NCBI GenBank assembly: GCA_013239625.1
Contig: MU054323.1
Location: forward strand, 8,731,220 to 8,795,219
DNA from: Lama guanicoe
Taxonomy: Eukaryota
Length of the DNA stretch: 64,000 nt
Direction: 5' to 3'
Of the stretch, positions 59,701 to 64,000 are shown piece by piece (position 1 is the first letter of the stretch; every line of letters begins with the position of its first letter). Below the pieces are notes generated by a model that was not told where the DNA came from, did not search any database, and saw only the letters and a list, made by a program, of their open reading frames with translations. The position numbers and the translations under genes are program-made.

Positions 59701-62222
59701 GTTCAGTGTTGGAGAGTACCATCTAAGCTAGAAATTCCTACTCCTTCCTTTCCTTCAGCTCCCAAGTGCTGTTAATTCTCTTATACATCCCGCTTCTGCC
59801 ACCCACCTTCTCTTCCTTCATTGCTTAATTTAGGCTCTCATTACCTCTCACTTGGAGAACTGAAGCTATCTTCAACCGTCAGCTGCAAATTTACCTATTT
59901 TCCTAACTGATTATGTTACTTTTCTACCTGAAAACCTTTGTTGTATAGAGTTTCTGCTTGGCATGACAGAAGTTTTGGAAATGGATACTGGTGGTGATGG
60001 TTTCAGTACATTGTGAACACACTGAATACCACTGAGTTGTATATTTTAAAATGGTACATTTTATGTTACATCTATTTTACCATAACTAAACACACACATA
60101 CACCCTTTGTTGGCTCCCACCAATTTCAGTCCTTTCATCCTCTCTAATTTAATCTTCCTCACCATTTTACCCCCCGCCCTATGCCGCAGCCATAACCGAT
60201 TTCTGGGAAAACCATCCTCTCCAGGAAACTTCTATTCCTTTCAAGACCTAGCTCAACTATTGTTTCTTGGTGAAATCTAAGCAGTTAATCATCCTTCCTC
60301 TATATGCCCAAAGCATTCTGTTTGCTCCTGGTATAGCACTTATCACACTGTGAGCTTTGTGATGCAGGACTCTGTCTTATTCATGTTTCTGTTTCCTAGC
60401 ACAGAGTAGATGCTCAATATCTGAACAAGTAATCTTAAATTACACCCTCAGCCCCCGCAATCTCGATTGTGTTTGAAGTTGCTCCTTTTTTAACCTATTT
60501 TGGCCATCCTAGGTACTAAGCCAAAGCTTTCCTTCTGGGCACCTTGCTGACCACCTAATAATCCTACTAACTACTTCCCCATTCACTTTCATGTCTGTTC
60601 AGGTTACCCCTGAAGTGGATCCTCGTGCGGTGCTTCGGGGAACTGCAGGCTCAGGGTCAGATGAGCTCTCACTTGGGGCCTCACTTTCTTCTCCATCTTC
60701 AGCCTCAACCTGGAGAACGAAGTCTTCATCCCGAGTGGTGTCCTCCTCTACTTCCCTACCTTGACAGACTGCCTGCTGCCGGCTTTTCTTCGGTTTGGTG
60801 GGGCTGCCCACCTTGGGGCTCTCAGGACAGGACACTGGAGCAGGCAGGGCTGTTGAGAGCTCTTCAGCCAGTTCCTGAAGATACAGAAGTGCCCTGTGGG
60901 ACAGGGCAGAGTTACAGCCATACTCACAGACACTTAACCGAGAGCCCACTTTGCCAGACATTTGGCCGATCCTTATCTCACTGGACCTTCCCAGTAACCC
61001 TGTGAAGCAGCTATTAATTTCCCCTTCCCCTTTGACAGATGAAGAAACAGAAACCCAGGAAAGTTACATGACATGGCCAAGATGATTCACATTACATCTG
61101 TGGAATATGAACCCAGGTCTTCTGACTCAACTCCAAAGCACTTTTCACCCTACTACAGTCAAAGATCATTGAGAGTAAAGGGAAAGAATGGAAAGGCACA
61201 TACGTGCTGACATATACTAGGCAGTAAAACTGCAATGAAGACTCAGAGGAAACTGTGAAAAATGTGATAGTATACGAGGTACAGAAAGAAACCTCCTAGG
61301 TAGACAAATTTAGAAACAGATAAAAAAGTTGCTACAGTAAGAGCTAGAGGACTGCTCAAGTCCCCAGAACCCAGACACCACCTCTGCTAACCTGAGACCT
61401 CATTATAGTCCTCTCATCTCTTCAACATCTGCCCCACCCTGATCCCTTCACCCCAGCCCCCCTCCATCAAGCTGTGCCCCACAATCCTTACACTTGGGCA
61501 GCCCTTCGGCGGGGTCGTTCCCCAGGAGGAGTCTCAAAGTCCTCAGGGGGCCTCTTTGGAGGTGGAGACTCTGGCTGATCTAGGTCTTTTGACAACTTCA
61601 GCAGTAGCACATCTGCCTTGGACTTTCGACCTCGTTTCTTAGTCATGGGGTTGGATAGAGGGTTGGATTGGTCTAAGAGACCAGGAACCAGAGGGGATGA
61701 TGGAGGATTAGGCTGCTGGGGCCTTGTGGGGCCTTTCCGTGTCCTACCACCTCTCTTCCGGCCAGGCTTTGAGGCCCTAGGCTTTGGGACCTTTGACATC
61801 TCTGAAGAAAGATCTGTAGAGAAGAATATGGATCTGTGAGATGCGACCAGAGCACAGACCTCTTTGGAACAGATTACACCACACCAGGTTTTTAAGATCC
61901 TATGAGCTTACCCTGCTCTCATTCATTTTAAGTTGAGCTTGGGGAGATAAAAAGTTGAAGGGTCAAAGTACATACCTTGCTGTTCCAGTCTGGAGAGGCT
62001 TTCCTGTTCCAGAGGGAGCCTCCTCTCATCAAGAGAATCTTCAAATCCAGGCAAAGGGGTAGGTAATGACATCTCTATGGAAGCCTCCACACTGGTTGTT
62101 TCTGAAGAGGCCTTGATATCAAGCTGGTTTAGCACCTCTTGTCTGGGAGAGTCTACCACAGTCATGTTCCCCACGGGGCCGGCCTCCCCCAGGGCAACAC
62201 AGCCGACCCCGCAGGTATCCAT
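50499..62222 (-). CDS. GTF3C2: General transcription factor IIIC subunit 2 (TFIIIC110), 911 aa, 18 coding exons
   Basis: [25 protein letters not shown]...basic [10 protein letters not shown]40 region ...[10 protein letters not shown]; exons sum to 2736 nt with consistent phase and GT-AG sites. Confidence 0.97.
51021..51128 (-). CDS. GTF3C2: GTF3C2 coding exon 17
   Basis: [36 protein letters not shown]. Confidence 0.94.
51269..51421 (-). CDS. GTF3C2: GTF3C2 coding exon 16
   Basis: [16 protein letters not shown]...[11 protein letters not shown]. Confidence 0.93.
51728..51856 (-). CDS. GTF3C2: GTF3C2 coding exon 15
   Basis: [43 protein letters not shown]. Confidence 0.93.
52107..52194 (-). 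CDS. GTF3C2: GTF3C2 coding exon 14
   Basis: [29 protein letters not shown]. Confidence 0.93.
52366..52527 (-). CDS. GTF3C2: GTF3C2 coding exon 13
   Basis: [17 protein letters not shown]...QDNCYA. Confidence 0.92.
52621..52765 (-). CDS. GTF3C2: GTF3C2 coding exon 12
   Basis: [13 protein letters not shown]...LQWCKAN. Confidence 0.94.
53104..53320 (+). mobile_element. MER58-type hAT-Charlie MITE
   Basis: cagggttggcaaactacagcccatgggccaaat...ctttacagaa-like end, gtttgcc terminal. Confidence 0.8.
54090..54238 (-). mobile_element. Young tRNA-derived SINE (camelid-type)
   Basis: Reverse strand GAGGGAAGGGTATAGCTCAGAGGTAGAG (A box)...GGTTCAACCC (B box), (TAAA)n and A tail; 10-bp TSD TAAATTTAAT at 54080-54089 and 54239-54248. 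Confidence 0.85.
54570..54699 (-). CDS. GTF3C2: GTF3C2 coding exon 11
   Basis: [13 protein letters not shown]...LAAGYYN. Confidence 0.93.
54885..54910 (-). CDS. GTF3C2: GTF3C2 coding exon 10 (26-nt microexon)
   Basis: [14 protein letters not shown]| and |GTGAGT. Confidence 0.88.
56014..56122 (-). CDS. GTF3C2: GTF3C2 coding exon 9
   Basis: [36 protein letters not shown]. Confidence 0.93.
56332..56443 (-). CDS. GTF3C2: GTF3C2 coding exon 8
   Basis: [37 protein letters not shown]. Confidence 0.93.
56618..56845 (-). CDS. GTF3C2: GTF3C2 coding exon 7
   Basis: [28 protein letters not shown]...LQQES. Confidence 0.94.
56905..57470 (+). mobile_element. LINE-1 (L1M-type) 3' end
   Basis: atccagacaatggaatattat...aaatgcatattactaagtggaagaagcc...taggaaatctctgtacc, A tail. 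Confidence 0.85.
57952..58050 (-). CDS. GTF3C2: GTF3C2 coding exon 6
   Basis: [32 protein letters not shown]. Confidence 0.93.
58197..58274 (-). CDS. GTF3C2: GTF3C2 coding exon 5
   Basis: [25 protein letters not shown]. Confidence 0.92.
58323..58521. mobile_element. MER3-type hAT-Charlie MITE
   Basis: Terminal cagtgctgccca...tggacagcacag with 8-bp TSD-like TTCTAGAG (58315-58322) / CTCTAGAG (58522-58529). Confidence 0.75.
58680..58774 (-). CDS. GTF3C2: GTF3C2 coding exon 4
   Basis: [31 protein letters not shown]. Confidence 0.92.
59355..59580 (+). mobile_element. MER96B-like hAT element
   Basis: gcctgaggcaaaaggaagtatcagtaatac...cctgtctttatttaaaattttgatatt. Confidence 0.6.
60608..60893 (-). 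CDS. GTF3C2: GTF3C2 coding exon 3
   Basis: [12 protein letters not shown]...RGSTSG. Confidence 0.94.
61492..61813 (-). CDS. GTF3C2: GTF3C2 coding exon 2
   Basis: [12 protein letters not shown]...RRRAAQ. Confidence 0.94.
61976..62222 (-). CDS. GTF3C2: GTF3C2 coding exon 1
   Basis: ATG 62222; acceptor at 62245; G|GTATG. Confidence 0.93.
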
Positions 62223-62904
62223 CAGCACCCCCTAAAATGGCCACCCTGCATACAGAGACATACAAATGAGTAGAAGATAAAAGCTATTTGCACTAGTTCA
62301 GATTTTTCTACTTTCCTGTCTTTTCTCTTCTCACAACCATCCCCTACCCCCAACCTCCCTCCACCTTCCCTGCCAACCAGAAACCCAAGCTTCCTAGTCA
62401 TTTACTCAACAATAATTATGAAACATCTTCTACATGTCAGGCACTATTCTAGAAACTGGTAACATGGCAATAAGCAAGACAGACAAGGACCCTGCCCTCA
62501 AGAAACTTACATGCTAGTGGAGCTGACAATAAACAAATAATAAAGCTACCACTTAGTAAATGCTTACTATGCACCAAGTATTGTACTAACTGCTTTATTT
62601 ATATGGTTTAATTTAAATAAAGCTCATAAGGTTTCTTGTAAGGATATTAAAGTGAACGGACAATTATTTAATTCCTCTCCCTGAAACCCAATGAAATGAA
62701 TCACCACTCCCACATTAAAAAAAAAAAAAAACAGAAAGAAAAGAAAAAAAGAGAGAGAGAAAAAAAAAAAGATCACCTGTTATGAATCTAAGGAAGGGCC
62801 ACAAGTTTCTAAAATAGACCATAAAGAATAGCTGCCAGATACTATAAAGTTTAGATCAAATTGAAGGAGGGTAGATGACTAGAGCAAACATCTATCTCTG
62901 TGAA

Positions 62905-63150
62905 TCAATCAAGGTACAGATTTATTTAAGAATAAAATATGACTATACATATATAAAATAAACAATAAGATTTACTGTATGGCACAGGGAACTATATTCG
63001 ATATCTTGTAACAACCTATAATGGAAAAGAATCTAAAATATAAATATATATATGGATAACTGAATCACTTCACTGTATACTTGAAACTAACACAATATGG
63101 TAAATCAGCTATACTTCAATAAAACAAACGAACAAAAAAATAATAAGTAA
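62905..63150 (+). mobile_element. LINE-1 3' end (cetartiodactyl type)
   Basis: tactgtatggcacagggaactatattc...tgaatcactt..ctgtatacttgaaactaacac..., A-rich tail; similar to the element at 8085-8660. Confidence 0.8.
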
Positions 63151-64000
63151 AAGAGTTCTTTCGTGTCCTGCCAGCAATCTTCCAGCAGGATGAGGTAGGT
63201 GGAAGCCTATGAGAGAGTTAAGGAATATCCTACTACATTAAGAGACCGTTTCCACATTGAAGAATGGACTAAAAAAATGGTCATGAATCTTCATTTTCTT
63301 CAAACCCAGGAAATCAGCTGTGCAACCACAATCCAAAGAAAACTGATAGATACACAAAGCACTGATTACCAAACCAAAAACCCAAGCAACGCAGAACTTT
63401 GCAAAGGCCCAGTTTGGGTCCACAACAGTCTACTTGTCAGTAATAAAAGGGGAGAAAGCTCAGATTCTGAAAGGAACACCCCCACAGGTCTATAAAGGAT
63501 AAAGAATTTATCAACTTCAGTGGGAAAACGTGCTAATACAAATACCACAAGAAATATACAAATTAAAGTTCCTAACTCTCTCTCTTGAATAAGCTACAGT
63601 CAAAGCAGATTATAAACTATAACAACAGCCAACCCTCTAATTCAGGTGCTAAAGGATATAATGAAACATCATGTGCTAAAGACAAAACATAACAATACCA
63701 AAGTAAACAGTGGTCAGTGAGAATCCACCTACATTGTTCTTCCATAAATAGCAAGCCCTGAGAGAACTACTCCATTCAAAATTAGTAATAAGCAAAAAGG
63801 ATCCAAAGGGACCTATGGATAGTTACTATAGAAAGAATAAAAAGGACATAAACAAATGAAAGAAGATGAAAAATACTCTTTCAAAGAAATACTCCAGAAA
63901 ACAAGAAATTTTCCAAGAAAAACTTCTGTATTTTCAAAAAAGCCAGAGACTATGGAAACCAAGAAATGAGAGATCAAAGAAGAGATAAAACAATGGCAAG

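Noticed and set aside
63199..63495. 98-aa ORF upstream of the first GTF3C2 coding exon
   Set aside because: A-rich, adjacent to L1 debris, non-ATG start; probably degraded repeat

Overview
Mammalian genomic DNA, most likely camelid judging by one young tRNA-derived SINE, cetartiodactyl-type L1 3' ends and no recognisable Alu, BovB or PRE-1. It is syntenic with human 2p23.3. Left to right it holds: the 5' part of SLC30A3 (ZnT3; -, coding exons 1-3), DNAJC5G (CSP-gamma; +, 171 aa), TRIM54 (MuRF3; +, 366 aa), UCN (urocortin; -, 126 aa), MPV17 (-, 176 aa) and the full coding region of GTF3C2 (TFIIIC110; -, 911 aa; non-coding exon 1 not identified, probably right of the window). Exons were traced by hand to GT-AG boundaries with consistent phases, and all five complete genes look intact. 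The rest is CpG islands and L1/L2/MIR/MaLR/hAT repeats (repeat coordinates approximate; family names from recall, not a search). I found no convincing new protein-coding system. The most notable signals are regulatory or isoform-level: interlocked opposite-strand poly(A) hexamers at the TRIM54/UCN 3' ends, a near-perfect RE1 plus CRE upstream of UCN with flanking CTCF-like sites, a possible LTR-donated poly(A) site for MPV17, a pure (TGC)8 cysteine string and an out-of-frame alternative acceptor in DNAJC5G, and a stop-free in-frame intron in GTF3C2.
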